This document shows positions 29,326 to 30,062 of a DNA stretch of 30,062 nucleotides, piece after piece; the first letter of the stretch is position 1, and the number at the start of each line of letters is the position of its first letter. The notes under the pieces are model-generated. The model made no database searches and was not told where the DNA came from. It was given only the letters and a program-made list of their open reading frames with translations. This DNA is from an uncultured archaeon (GTDB lineage: Archaea; Thermoplasmatota; Poseidoniia; MGIII; CG-Epi1). Where the stretch lies: contig CAZXZT010000001.1 in assembly GCA_964645695.1 (NCBI GenBank), positions 1-30,062 on the forward strand, in the 5' to 3' direction. The translations under genes were made by a program, and so were the position numbers.

Positions 29326-30062
29326 ACGATAGCATTTTCTGTATAGGTTTTGACGCTCTCTGAACAATTTTCTCAGGAAGGGTTACTTCCCATCTGGAGA
29401 GATCACTGCCCGAATCGATTGCCTCCATTATCGGCTGAATTTTATCCAGAGATATCTGGGCCATATGGCTACAACGTACCGAACAGGCTGTTGCAAACTC
29501 CACTGTCGGAAATTCTTCCATCAGGTTCGATGTTAACTCGCATTCTGAAGCGATGAAGGCCTTCTCAAGACCTCCCGTTTCTACTCGACGGGAAATGTCA
29601 TTGCTAATCTGAGTGGTACTTCCATAGAAATCAGCCTCCTGCAATACTTCTGGTTTACATTCCCAATGAACATAAAGCATACGATTTTCATTATCCTTAT
29701 CAATTTCAAATGTTCTTCTAACAGACAATATGTCCTCTAAACTAAATTTCTCGTGAACTTGACAGACTGCGCCCTTAGTACTATTATTGCTTCCAGGATA
29801 CAAGATTTTCTTTTTTCCTTCTAAGACCATTTCAAGATTCTGAGCAAAAAATAGATCTGGGACAAATATCAATTCCTCGCCTGGCATTTCTAGAGCTATA
29901 CGTTCTGCATTAGCTGAAGTACAACAAACCTCACATTCGGCTTTCGCTTCTGCATAACTGTTGATATAGATCATGACCGGGACGCCAGGGTATTTCTCCT
30001 TAAGATTCCTTACATCCTGAGCACTGAAATCATCAGCTAATGAACAACCAGCCGTTTTATCA
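29315..30062 (-). CDS. nadA: Quinolinate synthase NadA (5' end beyond the right edge)
   Basis: Frame extended past the listed ATG: AGCSLADD...YINS.AEAKA...CCTSANA, PD...A.N, CQVHEKF, VHWEC, GST, CSVRCSHM. Confidence 0.93.
   Translation of the reverse strand, partial: DKTAGCSLADDFSAQDVRNLKEKYPGVPVMIYINSYAEAKAECEVCCTSANAERIALEMPGEELIFVPDLFFAQNLEMVLEGKKKILYPGSNNSTKGAVCQVHEKFSLEDILSVRRTFEIDKDNENRMLYVHWECKPEVLQEADFYGSTTQISNDISRRVETGGLEKAFIASECELTSNLMEEFPTVEFATACSVRCSHMAQISLDKIQPIMEAIDSGSDLSRWEVTLPEKIVQRASKPIQKMLSFSS

Overview
Gene-dense archaeal chromosomal segment with no tRNA, rRNA, CRISPR array or mobile element that I can support. The gene set (archaeal LeuRS, aIF-2beta, GatD, Cgi121, Dph6, DUF357, gyrase B, PKD lipoproteins, PGF-CTERM-like surface proteins) suggests a marine Thermoplasmata lineage (MG-II/MG-III-like); this taxonomy is inference. 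About 29 CDSs are present, two truncated by the window edges (leuS left, nadA right) and one split by a frameshift (endonuclease IV-like). Main leads: (1) a 974-aa protein with two receiver-type domains, a PEP-synthase ATP-grasp domain and a putative phospho-His domain but no pyruvate-binding barrel, which could be a one-polypeptide non-canonical phosphorelay; (2) an intact stand-alone class I glutaminase translationally coupled to diphthine-ammonia ligase within a HEAT-rlmE-dph6-GATase operon, suggesting glutamine-dependent diphthamide synthesis; (3) a short bacterial/poxvirus-type topoisomerase IB in an archaeon that also has gyrase; (4) a shortened aquaporin lacking the selectivity-filter Arg; (5) window-wide patterns of near-leaderless GUG starts and gapless convergent gene ends. 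All calls come from reading motifs by eye; no searches were run.
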